Part shown: piece after piece, positions 13,025-25,405 of the stretch
Numbering within the stretch: position 1 is the stretch's first letter
Layout of the letters: the number at the start of each line of letters is the position of its first letter
Origin: Lama glama
Lineage: Eukaryota
NCBI GenBank assembly: GCA_028534125.1
Contig: CM052816.1
Span: forward strand, 87,670,001 to 87,734,000
DNA: 64,000 bases
Direction of reading: 5' to 3'
Made by a program: the position numbers and the translations under genes
The notes under the pieces: model-generated
Told to the model about the DNA's origin: nothing
The model's input: the letters and a program-made list of their open reading frames with translations, nothing else
The model's database searches: none

Positions 13025-13285
13025 TATAGAAGGTAAAAATATAGACTTGCTGCTGGATTTTCTATATTTGAATCCAGCATAGCCATTTATTATCAGTATG
13101 AACTTGGAAGAGTTATCTTACCTCTCCATGCTTCATTTCTTTTTTCTATACTGTAGAATATTGTAGATCTAAGAAGAGTGTTGCATCTCATAGGGTTTTT
13201 ACAAAGATTATGTGAATTAATATTTGTATATGCATTTTGTAAATACTTAGAGCAGTGTCTACCCTGTAAAAATCAATTTAAGTGA
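13025..13285 (+). mobile_element. MIR SINE
   Basis: TTTGAATCCAGC, GAACTTGGAAGAGTTATCTTACCTCTCCATGCTTCATTTC, CTCATAGGGTTTTTACAAAGATTA and CTTAGAGCAGTGTCT. Confidence 0.85.
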
Positions 13286-13290
13286 TTTTT

Positions 13291-13894
13291 TGCATTTTAT
13301 GTTGAAATATAGTTGGTTTATGACGTTGGATTAATTTCTGGCATACAGCATAGTGATTCATTTATGCATATGTATGTTCCTTTTCATATTCTTTCTCATT
13401 ATATGCTATTATAAGATATTCAATATAATTCCCTGTACTATACAGTAGGACTTGCTGTTTATCTATTTTATATAGAGTAGTTACTATCTATAAGTCCCAA
13501 ACTCCCAATATATCCCTCCCCACCCCTTTTCCCCCTGGTAACCATAAGTTTGTTTTCTACGTCTGTGAATCTATTTCTGTTTTGTAACTACGTTCATTTG
13601 TGCCCTTTAAAAAAAATTCCACATGTAAGTGATATCATTTGGCATTTTTCTTTTTCTTTCTGGCTTACTTCACTTAGTATGATAATCTCTAGATCCATCC
13701 ATGTTGCTGCAAATGGCATTATTTTATTCTTTTTTATGGCTGAGCAGTATTCCATTGTGTATATATACCACAAATTCTTTATCCGGTCATCTGTTGATGG
13801 ACATTTAGGTTACTTCCATGTCTTGGCTATCGTAAATAGTGATGCTAATAGATATGCCCAGGAATGAGATGGCTGGATCACAGGGTAAGTCTGT
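13291..13894 (-). mobile_element. Young LINE-1 3' end (non-inverted part of a 5'-inverted insertion)
   Basis: Antisense L1 3' UTR and ORF2 end: CTGGTAACCATAAGTTTG, GGCTTACTTCACTTAGTATGATAATCTCTAGATCCATCCATGTTGCTGCAAATGGC. Left TSD TTAAGTGATTTTT at 13278-13290. Confidence 0.95.
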
Positions 13895-14064
13895 TGAGGT
13901 ATCACCTCCCACCTGTCAGAATAGCCATCATTAAAAAGTCCACAAACTATAAATGCTGGAGACGGTGTGGAGAAAAGGGAACCCTCCTACACTGTTGGTG
14001 GGAATGCAGTTTGGTGCAGCCATTATGGAAAACAATACAGAGGTTCCTTAAAAAACTAAAAAAA
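13895..14064 (+). mobile_element. LINE-1 ORF2 fragment (inverted 5' part of the same insertion)
   Basis: Translates as [46 protein letters not shown], the L1 ORF2p C-terminal Cys-rich region. Right TSD TTAAGTGATTTTT at 14065-14077. Confidence 0.95.
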
Positions 14065-14384
14065 TTAAGTGATTTTTAATGAATAGGGTATGTTTTTATT
14101 TGTTTTCCTCTGGAATTTGGAGGGCTTGGAATACTCTCTTCTATATTCCTCTGATGGCAGAAATCATGGGTCCTCTTTCATACCAAGCTGGCTAACCCTC
14201 ATTGCAGACATTTAAGAAATTCATACTCAGTTTGTATTTTTTTCTCATAAATTCCATTGTATTCTTAGCGGTTGTTTCTCCTAAACATTGTATTTCTTTT
14301 ATTTCCAAATATCTTATATTGTTCTGCTCATTAATTCATCATTCATTTAGTAAAATCTCTTAAAATAAACACCTATTTTTGATA

Positions 14385-14480
14385 TGGAGATACACACATA
14401 TGTATAAATATATACATACGCATGTCTATGTATGTGTGTGTACACATAGGTGTATGTATCTGTGTGTGTGTGTCTGTGTA
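14385..14480. repeat. Degenerate (TA)/(TG)/(CA) microsatellite
   Basis: Alternating purine-pyrimidine tract ATACACACATATGTATA...TGTGTGTGTGTG. Confidence 0.8.
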
Positions 14481-15579
14481 CTCTCAATTTGTCAGACTTT
14501 TTTCATATCATAGCAAGACATCACTGTCATATGGAGTCTGTTATGGGCAGACGTGAGTTCCTGGGAAGTAATAAATTATTTGCACATAACACACATAGCC
14601 TTGTAGCCCTGTTAATTTAAGTAATATCTACCAAAATAAAACCTCCTTTTCCAGCTTTGAATAATTATTTTTCCACACATGAATAGCCTATTAACATAGG
14701 CAATGTTTAGGGTCTCAGTGAGCATTTTAAAGAAATGTTTCCATGAAGAGCAGTAGGCTCCCCTAAAGTTTTCATTGCATATGACAAGACAGATGGAGAG
14801 ATTCATTTTTGTAAGCCTGATATTTATTCCATCTTGCTGTATTGTTTGAAATCCATTCTCCCTCTTGCCCGTAAGGGCTGCCTGTCTTCTAAGCACATCT
14901 CTGAAACTAGATAGAAAGCATATGTCCTGTGTATCCCTTGGATCTGACAGAGGAGGTGAAATATAGGATAACTGCTCCGTTGATTGTGCAATAGGGAGTT
15001 TCCTTTCTGCAACCTGTGTTCCGTCCACAGCACAACCTGTGTTGTGGCCTCCTGATGGTTTAATTATCGTCACATTTCATTTCATAACAAGCTGGGCCTT
15101 CTTAAAGCTGGGGAATACTGGAATTTGACATAAATGTCTCTGGGGTATACTTATGCCCTAAATCAAATTCTTCAGCCTTATCACAGAGTACTCCTTGTGT
15201 TTCCAGAGCAGCAATAGGCAATTCTAGTGATAAATTGATCCTGACCTTATATATCTTACAAGGCTCCTCCTGGTCTGGTGTTTTGTTTTGTAGCTTTGTT
15301 TGAAGCTGCTCTCCGCCCTGAACTCAGTGCTAAACCATATACACTACAAAACTTTCCGTTTCTCAGCCACGGCTCTGCTCACTTACAGGGCTGTCACATG
15401 CTCACACTCTGCCCAGAGGTCTCCTCCTCACCTGCCCACCCTCACACCTGTGCCTCTCACTGGACCAGCTCACTGCTCACAACATGGGTGTCCGCCACTC
15501 TGTGCTTTACGCCTTTCTGATCCCTGGAATCTGTGTCAGATTCCTTTGGTTTGAATTGCAGGTTTCAAGGTCTCCTGGC

Positions 15580-15790
15580 CTCATCGCGGGTCCTGTCTCC
15601 ACCCTGCACAAATGGCCCATTCTCTGTACAGTCTATTCCTGCCATACTGGCCTTCTTTCAATTACTCAGCCTTTCCTCCCACCTCTGGGGATCTATGTAC
15701 TTTCCCATCTTTAGAGGAATAATTTTATCCCCTTCCATCCATAATTACCTCTTGAAATTTTATTCAACTTCTAGATCACCTCAGTGGATA
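15580..15790 (+). mobile_element. L2 fragment
   Basis: GCCATACTGGCCTTCTTTCA...TCCTCCCACCTC resembles the sense L2 consensus. Confidence 0.45.
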
Positions 15791-16821
15791 TTTATTCAGG
15801 GAACAACATATTTTTTTAAAAAAAGGATTCATCTAGTGATTTAGATAGAGTGAGCCTAAATCATAAGTAATACTTACATTGCGTTAAATTTCAGCTTATA
15901 ATCTGAGTTTAGAGTGTGACCATCATCAGTGATTTTGGACCCCAGAAGACTGAGTATGATTCAGAAGTAGAGGAAACATGCCATAGCACTGTAAGTGGGT
16001 TCAAAAATTCAGTCATATAAAGTTAGCCATTACATTAGTGCAAGGCAATGAAATGAAAAGAAACATTGGTTATTGATTATGTTAATAGACTGTTGGATAA
16101 GGATATTAGACCACTGGATAGGGATGCTATTTACAAGTTTTGAATTTGTATTCTGAACATATATAAACTATTGTCCATAAAAAAGAATATTCACAGTCAT
16201 CAAATGTTACTGTGTTTTGACTTCCTTCTTTTCGCCTTGTTGGTGAAGGAGGCTTCTCCACCCTAGGGTCAGAGTGGTGGCTGAACACACACCAGACACT
16301 GGGCAGATGACACTGACAGCCGAGGCAGGAGAACACTGAGCCACACAGGGCCACATGGGGACTGCACTTAGGGATATGAACAGGTAAGGGCTGTGGTAGG
16401 CAGGCTTCTTAAAACAAGGGGGTGAGTTGATCTCTGGTTCCTGCAGGAGGATGTGATCGGCTTGTGTAAGTAACCCTGCAGACTGTCCAGGAACTAACGT
16501 TTGCTCCTCAGGGGAGACCATGTGGTGGGTCTGGTCCTCGTGACTGGTAGGGCTATTTGACCAAGGACCTCATCCAGGGAACACAGTGGGGAGGAAAACT
16601 TGCCACTAAGACATTTGAGGCTTTCCAGGTTTTCCCCAGATGTCAAGGCACACATATTATCAGGACTTAATTTTAGGCCTTGTACCACATTTGGCAGTAT
16701 GTTGGCACATTAGGTAATACGAACATAATGGAATAGTGTATTTTTAATAGGAAGGAAATTTACCATTATCAACGAAGTAATTTTCATTGTTTTCTTATAA
16801 GAAATACTTTACACTGCTTCA

Positions 16822-16945
16822 AGTTTTAAATTTAAACTGAAATTAACTAAATGAAATTTAAAAATTCAGTTCCTCCTTTGCACTAGCCACATTTCACACA
16901 CTCAGTACCACATTTGTGTGGTTAATACTGCTGTGTAGACTACCA
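16822..16945 (-). mobile_element. hAT-Charlie MITE fragment, MER3-like
   Basis: TTAAAAATTCAGTTCCTCCTTTGCACTAGCCACATTTCA matches the reverse MER3 core. Confidence 0.75.
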
Positions 16946-17334
16946 GTTTAGATGAAAATATGGACACTTAAAAAGTTAAGTTTTTAGCCTACAGAAATCA
17001 GAGATTACAACTTGGTTCCAATCTTGCTGAAGCTATCAGATATTTTTATTTCTTCTTTAAATCATATGGCTAGCCTTGAGATGTGGAAATACATACCTCC
17101 CTAAAGAGAAGATGTTGGAGGAGACACATATTTGGAGGTCCAAATTAAAATTACGAAAAAAATAATTTAAATGAATGGAGAAATTGGATCTTTTCTACCT
17201 AACTTCAAAATTTTATTCTAGTTTCAGTGGTAATGGCATTTTGGTAATAACATGTGTTCCTTTAAATTTAAACCTACTCTCAGTGCTAAGAATAGTGTCT
17301 AGCATATATTCATGTATGCATGAATTAAATTTAT

Positions 17335-17930
17335 CATGTGCATTCATCCACTGATTCACTCATTTATTCCACAAATTTCCCTCATGTATTCCAAGCACCA
17401 ATTTATTGCCTTGGTATAATGTTGAACAAACCTGATATTTTTCTGCTCTTCTGGAGTTTAGAGTATGACTGAGTGTGACAGAAAATCAACAAATGAATTA
17501 TTAATTTATAAGAAATACTTAGAGTTGAGTAAAGTACAATCAAGTCAAATAAGCAAGTTGATGTATTAGGAAGACACTGGGAGTTCACTTCTGATTGGTG
17601 ATGGGAGAAGCTATCTCTGAGGTGAAATAATTTAAGCCAAGATATGAATGACCAAGAAGAGTCTGTGATGTGACTACCTGTAGGGAGAGTTTAGGCAGAA
17701 ACAAGGGCTAGTGGAAAGGACCCAGGAATAACAAGCTTGGCATATGTGAGGGACAAAAGTGAACACCAGAGTGGCTGATTGAGTAAACAGTGTGAGTGAG
17801 TGAGAGGATAAAGTCCAAGAGATTGTCAGGAGCTAAGTATTGCAGGTTTTGTTGGCCACGATGAGGAGTTTGGATCTTCTGTGCATGATCAGTTGCAATA
17901 AAAGTATATTAAGCAAAGAAATGGCAGGAT
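17335..17930 (-). mobile_element. L2 LINE, 3' portion
   Basis: CATTCATCCACTGATTCACTCATTTATT tail, CTCTGAGGTG, CCAGAGTGGCTG and GGCCACGATGAGGAGTTTGGAT. Confidence 0.75.
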
Positions 17931-18046
17931 GACAAAACACAAAGTTATTGGTGACTTCTGAGGAGAGCAGAGGAGGAAAAGCTTGTTTTCATTGCTGGGG
18001 TACAGGCATGATGACCTGACGTCCTGGAAGAGCAAGGCACTGAGAT

Positions 18047-18546
18047 NNNNNNNNNNNNNNNNNNNNNNNNNNNNNNNNNNNNNNNNNNNNNNNNNNNNNN
18101 NNNNNNNNNNNNNNNNNNNNNNNNNNNNNNNNNNNNNNNNNNNNNNNNNNNNNNNNNNNNNNNNNNNNNNNNNNNNNNNNNNNNNNNNNNNNNNNNNNNN
18201 NNNNNNNNNNNNNNNNNNNNNNNNNNNNNNNNNNNNNNNNNNNNNNNNNNNNNNNNNNNNNNNNNNNNNNNNNNNNNNNNNNNNNNNNNNNNNNNNNNNN
18301 NNNNNNNNNNNNNNNNNNNNNNNNNNNNNNNNNNNNNNNNNNNNNNNNNNNNNNNNNNNNNNNNNNNNNNNNNNNNNNNNNNNNNNNNNNNNNNNNNNNN
18401 NNNNNNNNNNNNNNNNNNNNNNNNNNNNNNNNNNNNNNNNNNNNNNNNNNNNNNNNNNNNNNNNNNNNNNNNNNNNNNNNNNNNNNNNNNNNNNNNNNNN
18501 NNNNNNNNNNNNNNNNNNNNNNNNNNNNNNNNNNNNNNNNNNNNNN
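18047..18546. other. Assembly gap (500 N)
   Basis: Run of exactly 500 N. Confidence 1.
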
Positions 18547-18978
18547 AATCATTTTACAATGTTGTGTCAAATTCCAGTGTTCAGCACAATTTTTCAGTCA
18601 TTCATGGACATATACACACTCATTGTCACATTTTTTTCTCTGTGATTTATCATAACATTTTGTGTATATTTCCCTGTGCTATACAGTGTAATCTTGTTTA
18701 TCTATTCTACAATTTTGAAATCCCAGTCTATCCTTTCCCACCCTCTACCCCCAGCCCCCGGTAACCACAAGTCTGTATTCTCTGTCCATGAGTCTATTTC
18801 TATCCTGTATTTATGCTTTGTTTTTGTTTGTTTGTTTGTTTTTGTTTTTTAGATTCCACATATGAGCGATCTCATATGGTATTTTTCTTTCTCTTTCTGG
18901 CTTACTTCACTTAGAATGACATTCTCTGGGAGCATCCATGTTGCTGCAAATGGCATTATATTGTCGGTTTTTATAGCC
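18547..18978 (-). mobile_element. Young 5'-truncated LINE-1 3' end (camelid-like subfamily)
   Basis: CCCGGTAACCACAAGTCTGTATTCTC, an internal (TTTG)n and AGATTCCACATATGAGCGATCTCATATGGTATTTTTCTTTCTCTTTCTGGCTTACTTCACTTAG. The poly(A) end runs into the gap. Confidence 0.93.
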
Positions 18979-19048
18979 ATAAAATTTCTTTTATTTAAGC
19001 CACCCAGTCTGTGATGCTTTGTTATAGCAGCTGTAGCAAACTAATACA
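18979..19048 (+). mobile_element. 3' tip of an MLT1 LTR, cut by the L1
   Basis: TTTAAGCCACCCAGTCTGTGATGCTTTGTTATAGCAGC...AAACTAATACA. Confidence 0.85.
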
Positions 19049-20358
19049 CTATCCCCAATAACTTCCCCAATTCATGACAATGGTTTGTCTATTTCCATAG
19101 AATCTGGGCAGTTTTGTTTGCAAGGAAGGAAAGCAGAATTGAAGACAGCAAAGCTCCCACCTCCTTGGCCCACAGGGCCCAATCTTAACACTGAGTTTGC
19201 TGTTTCTATATAAAACCTGTAAGGTTGTATAATCGAAGACACTAACATTATGTCCTTCCTATGTTTTTACTATAAAAAGTCTCTTTACATATAGAGGAGA
19301 TAATATTAATAGTAGTTAGTCATTGTGGGAAGTTTATTAAAAAGTTTATATTTAGTAGGGAAAAAAAAGCTGACAAGTCAGGATTGTCCCCACATTTTTA
19401 AAAGATTGCTGGTAAAGGAAATTCCAAAGTTGAGAAATCGGGAAGAGGACTGTGTTTTCCTCCTTTTCCTCTATGGACTTTCTGTCTTTGTGGAATGAGC
19501 AGTAGGTATCTACTAGCACTTCTTCCTTGGGACTCCTGTTCTCAGACCCATATCTTAGTATGAGATGTCTTGTTAGGCAGGAATTTCTTGGTTTGATTAA
19601 CTCATTACAATTCAGTAAAATAAGGGGAAAGCAGTGTTGTATGGGATCTAGACAAAATGAGTTGCTTTGAATCTGAGGCAGCACGATTGGGATCATCTGG
19701 GAAGGAGTTTAAAGCAATGATGTGAGAGAATAAACATTAACTTTATGTAATAGACATCTTCCAACATCACAGCACCCAAGTTTGACTTGAAATTAGTACT
19801 GTTATGTTTTTCTTGTGAGTGTTGAGCATAGCATCACTACACTATAAGAGTATCAGTTCTTCATGGTTGAAGCTAGTTTTTCTAGGTATAATTTAAAGGA
19901 AAAGTAAAACCAGTGTATTTGTCATTATTGTTCCAGCTTTAAACATTTTAATAATTGTATTAAGTCATAATTTAAAATCATATCTTTTATATCTCAGTAG
20001 GCAAACTCAAATGTATCAAAGAACAGTATGAAAACAGCATTTGACATGCATTTTGGTGAAGGTGTTGCACTGCACACAAGGCATCATAAGAGGTCTGAAA
20101 GTGAAGTCTTTACATGTGTAACTAGTGGCTTTGATAAAATAATGTCCAATTACAATTTAAACTCCTGAAAATCATTTTTGTGCTCATATCTTCAATATCC
20201 AAATTGTGACCAAACTTATGTCAGTAGTAGAAAGATATTTTAATTCTAATGCCATTATATGGTTTAAAAAAAAACCAAAAACCAAAAAAAAAAACCTTGA
20301 TAACCCTGTTATCAAATGATCTTTCTTTTAAATATTTAGTAGAAAAAACTGCCATCTT

Positions 20359-20906
20359 AATAGTACCTGGGGTTTGTTTTAATCAGGTATGATAAGATAT
20401 GCAGACGTGAAAATGACTGTCATGAAGGAAGAAGGTTTTATTCACAGCTCCCTGGAAACAGAGGAATAGGTACCACACAAGGTCATACAGGAAGCACCAG
20501 GATTGCTCCGATGTGGAAGAGATGATGGAGATATGTAGGGGAAGAGAATATTCATGGAAACATTCATGGTTTCTGTGGAGAGGAATGAGTGAGGCAGGCC
20601 AAGCCAGTTTAGGGTTGGCTAGTTGGAACAATTTCAGTGGGCTTTGAGACCTAAGTGTTGTCCTTAGTTGTCTGGTGGCTGACCCCAGGTAGACAATGGC
20701 CCAGAATGTGAGATCCCTGGAAACACGGTGGTTAGGGGTATGGGATCTAGATTGGTTGGCTTTTATATGAAAGATGTACTTTTAGTGAGTTATTTGCTAT
20801 TTTTAGGAATTAAGTGACTCTGTGAGGGGCAGCCCCTACAGGGGCAACAAAAGACCTAGATAGCTAAATCATCTGAATATAGAAAATAAAAGGCATAGTT
20901 CATACA
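20359..20906 (-). mobile_element. ERVL solo LTR, MER74-like
   Basis: Reverse strand starts TGTATGAACTATGCCTTTTATTTTCTATATTC and contains CCAACCAATC, CTAGCCAACCCTAAAC and AATAAA. Confidence 0.75.
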
Positions 20907-22282
20907 ACTGCATTCATTTGATTTCCTTTACAAAAAATGTGATTTTTAAATTTATATTTTTATATAGTTACTATACTGGAAAAGTAAAAACATTGAAATA
21001 ATGGTAAGATAAATTGGCTCAAATGGAATCAATGTTTCTTTTAGTTTTTACTATATTAGCCATTAAAGGTCTTCTATTTATGATTTAAATGATTAAGTCA
21101 CTTTTGCTGCATATTTTAAAAGTAATGAAGGAAAAACAGACAAAGACCATTGTCAGATTTTATTTGAAGACTTACTTAGCTGTCAGTTTCAGTACTCCTC
21201 TATATCAGGTGTGTCAAATCATGTTAAATCTGAACACTACATTGGTACGTTTCTTTATTACAAAGTACTTTCCTCCGAGTTGCATCCTTCCTAATTCTAG
21301 AATATATTACATGATTTTTGCTTTTGCCATTAATACTTCACCGTGATGGATGTTGTATCAAAATAGGTTATTGAAACCAATTGACATTTATGTTACCAGA
21401 CATGTCTGTCATATATAAAATAAATATGATGAATTGATGTAACCAGTCAAGCATATAATTTTGTTAAAAACTAAACTTTGGTATCCAAGATTTCATGCCA
21501 GAATTATGTGTTGCTCTCAGATGCTCACATGCAGTTCTATGTTAGTGTGAAGTGTTTATATGTATGTATACAATTACATGTATGCACCTGTTTGGTTTTG
21601 TTGGGCTTGAGGAAAGCAGTTTCTACCTTTTCAATATTGTACCTGATTTTTAGCCATTAACCAAAGAAGAAGGGACATTTTTATCAACTTTTTTCATCTC
21701 TAATGTTTATCACTGACATTTCTTCAACTCCAAGATTCAAGATTAAGACTGTTTGGCTTAGCTTTATGGCTTGATCATTTTGTTGTTTTTGTTGACCATT
21801 TAATGTATTTCCTTGTGTTTGTTGCTTTGTGTGTCCTCAAGTTTCATTTTCTCACATCCGCCAGCAGAATTAGAGTGACTTTCTTTATTCGATTCAGGAT
21901 ATCTTTGCTTTTTTCTTCAATCTTTCATAGTCAGTTTTTGTGATTTCTATTTCATACCTATGTTCACCTTATCATCCACATTATACTCTACTTTAACAGT
22001 CAGTATGATTTCTTATTTTGATTGTCTGATCAAAGATCTATGCACTTTTCTTTACATGCTTTTAATCTAAATAGTCTCATTCATGGTCTGTCCACAAACT
22101 GGTGTCCACACTAGTTAGGTCAGAAAATCCTAACAAACACTTGATCTTTCCAAACATCATGGTATGAATGTAGAAAATGGAGCTAATGACCCCCTCACTG
22201 TACAACTCATGATTGTATATACTTTATAATTATCATGGTCACTATGTGAGGTGTTAAGTAAGGCTTTTCAAAGCTGTTATCA

Positions 22283-22569
22283 TAAAAGTATAGACATTCA
22301 GCTATAAGATGAGTAAGGTCTGAGGATCTAATGCAAAACATGGTGACTACAATTTATAACACTGTATCACATAATTGAAATATGCTAAGAGAGAAGGAAC
22401 TAAATGTTCTAACAAAAAAAAAGTAAATGTGCGAGTTGATGGATGGTTTCATTTACCAGTTGAGGAGGATCCTTTCACAACATATAACTTTATCAAATTA
22501 CCACGATGTACACTTTAAATATCTTACTTGACTTTATATGTCAATTATACCTCAATAAAGCTAAAAAAA
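22283..22569 (+). mobile_element. LINE-1 3' end, L1MA9-like
   Basis: CAGCTATAAGATGAGTAAGGTCTGAGGATCTAATG...CATGGTGACTAC...TGTCAATTATACCTCAATAAAGCTAAAAAAA. Confidence 0.88.
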
Positions 22570-24480
22570 TTCTTGACAGAAATTTTTAAAAGTTAATGGT
22601 CAAAATTGTTAGTTACTCCTTCCATACTTTTATGTCACCTTCAATTCAAGATGTATTTCTACTTGTATTGATTTAGATTATTACAAAATAAGGGTTCTTT
22701 TTTTTGTTTGTTTGCTTAAACTCAGTCTGGAAAGCAAATAAGGTGATGATAGTGATCAGTGAGTGAAGATTTTTATGTACAGGGACATGGTGTCCTAAAG
22801 GAACTAGTGTTGGGGAGGAAAGGAGACAGTTTCAGGAATTATAATGAAAGGTATGTTGACATGAAGCAATAAGGAAGAAGTGTGAGATCATGGGGTGAAG
22901 CAGAAAGGCTGGCCTGGCTGGGTGGCCTATAGAAAAGGGCCGATGCGGGGAGGATGGATGAGGGGAGGCATGGGCAGCAGCTGTGGGAGCTGGTAGTGGA
23001 TGGTGTTCTACCTCCTGCACTGGCATTTCTGTCCTTCTGTGAACGTTCCCCAGCCCAGTGTGGGAGACCTGCCAGCATTGGACAACATGTGCCTGAACCT
23101 TATTGCCACTCTTGGGCTATATGTCTTTGTTGCCTTGGTATCTCCTTGGGGAACTTCTTCTTGACAAAAATACTACAAATGTATAAGTAAATTTTTTTAA
23201 ATGGAAAGATGGGTATTAGCTTCATTATATCGCTATGATTAATTTCCCCATTGTAACAAAGATGTCTCCTTCTGTTTCTTGGAAAACTAAAAATAATTTC
23301 TTATGTGCTCTAAATGTTTCCTGAGTCCATGTGAATATATAAGTTAAGCTGAAATCTCACTTAGAGCTGTATTTTAAACTTAAAGTCACCATGAAAGAAA
23401 ATGAAAGCTAAAACTACAAATATAGTAGTCTAAATTTAATTTAATCAAAATTTCTCCAAAAAAAATCTGGAGGATTTAACTCCATGATGTAAACGAGAAA
23501 ATGCATAAGAATAGAGGAAGGAAGCAAGATATGTTTTAAAAAGGGTTTACAGAGTGTACAAAAATATTTCATAAATAATAGAATATAAATAACAGTCTGC
23601 AAATAATCTTGTAAAAATAAAAAGCTGATCAATTTTTGTGCAGCTAAGCAATATTCATGCTGAGTATCTTCACTGAAATATCAGCTAGGAGAAATACACC
23701 AAACTTAATTTCTTCACAAAAAGTAAACTTGCAGTGTACGTTTCCTATAATAGGTACAGTTTTATTTCCCCTAATATTCATTAGATATTTTAAGTTGTGA
23801 ATCCAAAGACTTGTGATGAATGTAATATCATATTATTATAGAAATCAAAAATTGGAGAAATATACCATGTGAATTTGAATAAACAGATCTGTTATTTGTG
23901 AAATAAGAACGGCTGCTAGATTTGTATTTTTTTCGAAGTTCTCATGTGCCAGGAGTAGTCTCCATGCCAGTACATTTCTGTTTTTCACCCTCTGTGATTG
24001 CGCAGTTCTTTGCATTTTGGTTTTCCTGGCACCTTGTTAATTAAGGTTCTATATTATTTGAGACCATGTTTACCTTTACTCCCTGAAAGCCTTCACAGGT
24101 TTGAACAACTAGAGTACATGTTAGCTCTGACCAGTCCAGCTTAATGGTGAATCATCTCTCCTTCCAAATTCAGTGTTTATTGTCTACACTAGTCATTTTA
24201 CAATTTCCACTGTGCTTTCAAATTCATTAGATATCTCAGACAGAATGACCATAAAGGAAGTAGTGCTGGGGGAGAGATTTCAAATCAAAATAAAGCCAGA
24301 GCTGGGACTACTTTATTTAACACCCCAGTTTACTTTGCCACAAAATTATCTTTTAAATTAGTCTCATGTGGTAAATTGTCTTTTAAGACCTACTTGTGGA
24401 ATCTCTTCCTTTCAAGAAAGCAACTGTTGGTAAGATATCAGGTATTAAATGTTATTTTAGCTTAAATATACTTTGCGATA

Positions 24481-24697
24481 CAGCTGACCCTTGAACAATG
24501 CAGGGGTTGGGGTGCTGATCCCCTGTGCAGTCAAAAATCCACATACAATTTTACAGCGGCTCACTGTGTCTGCCTGTCCATATCTGTGGATTCAACCAAC
24601 CATGGGTCATGTAGTAGTGTAGTACAGGTTTAGTGAAAAACAGGCACATGTAAGTCGACCTAGGTAAATTAAACCCACGTTGTTCAAGAGTCACCCA
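24481..24697 (+). mobile_element. TcMar-Tigger MITE MER8
   Basis: TIRs CAGCTGACCCTTGAACAA and TTGTTCAAGAGTCACCCA, TA on both flanks, and internal GTGGATTCAACCAACC. Confidence 0.9.
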
Positions 24698-24989
24698 TAA
24701 TTTTACTTAATCTAAAATTATAGATACTAATTTTTAGAAAAGTGAAAAAATTGCTAGAGGACCAAAATAAGAAAATAGATATCACTGATAACCCTCCCTT
24801 AAAGATAACACAGTATTTCAATCTGTAATTTTCTCGAATTTTTTATGTATCCCTCCTAATTTTTAAGTTTAGCAACATCACACAGCCTTTGATTAACCGT
24901 GAATTACGTGAACAATTCGTCATTGTTGAATGAAATTCGTTTCTAAATTTGAAGTTTCCCTGACCTCTGCTGCTGTCACTCAACTTATT

Positions 24990-25405
24990 CTCACTTTCTG
25001 TACTCAAGCTTTACTCGATCCTGAACAGGCCAAGTTCAATTCTGCCTAAGGGCTGCATGCACATTGCTGTTTCCTCTACAGGTACATTTTCCTGCGGATA
25101 TTCACAAAGGTACGTTTCCAGCAGATATTCACAAACCTCGTTCCCTCACTGTGTCTAGATCTCTGCTCAGATGTCTTCTCATTAGAAAGCTCTTTCATCC
25201 CCACGCAGTTTTAGAATATCAAGCCCAGCAACCATCTGTTCCCTCACGTCCCTTTGCTTATTTGCTTTGTGTCATTTGTCTTGCACCGTTAGAAAGAAGT
25301 CTGCATGAGAGCAGAGATCGTGTCCACTGCTGTATTCCCGATACCTAAAACAGCTCCTGGCACAAAGTGAGTGTTCAACAAATAGCTACTGAGGTGTAAA
25401 TGAAT
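24990..25405 (+). mobile_element. L2 3' end with internal ~28-bp tandem duplication
   Basis: TCTCTGCTCAGATGTC, CATGAGAGCAGAGA, CACTGCTGTATTCC and CCTGGCACAAAGTGAGTGTTCAACAAATA. The duplication is 25081-25108 / 25109-25135. Confidence 0.8.

Noticed and set aside
14612..15073. 153-aa minus-strand ORF
   Set aside because: Non-ATG start, no recognisable domain and no splice context. Its length is compatible with chance in 64 kb.
17983..18645. 220-aa and 193-aa ORFs
   Set aside because: They are open only because they run through the 500-N gap.
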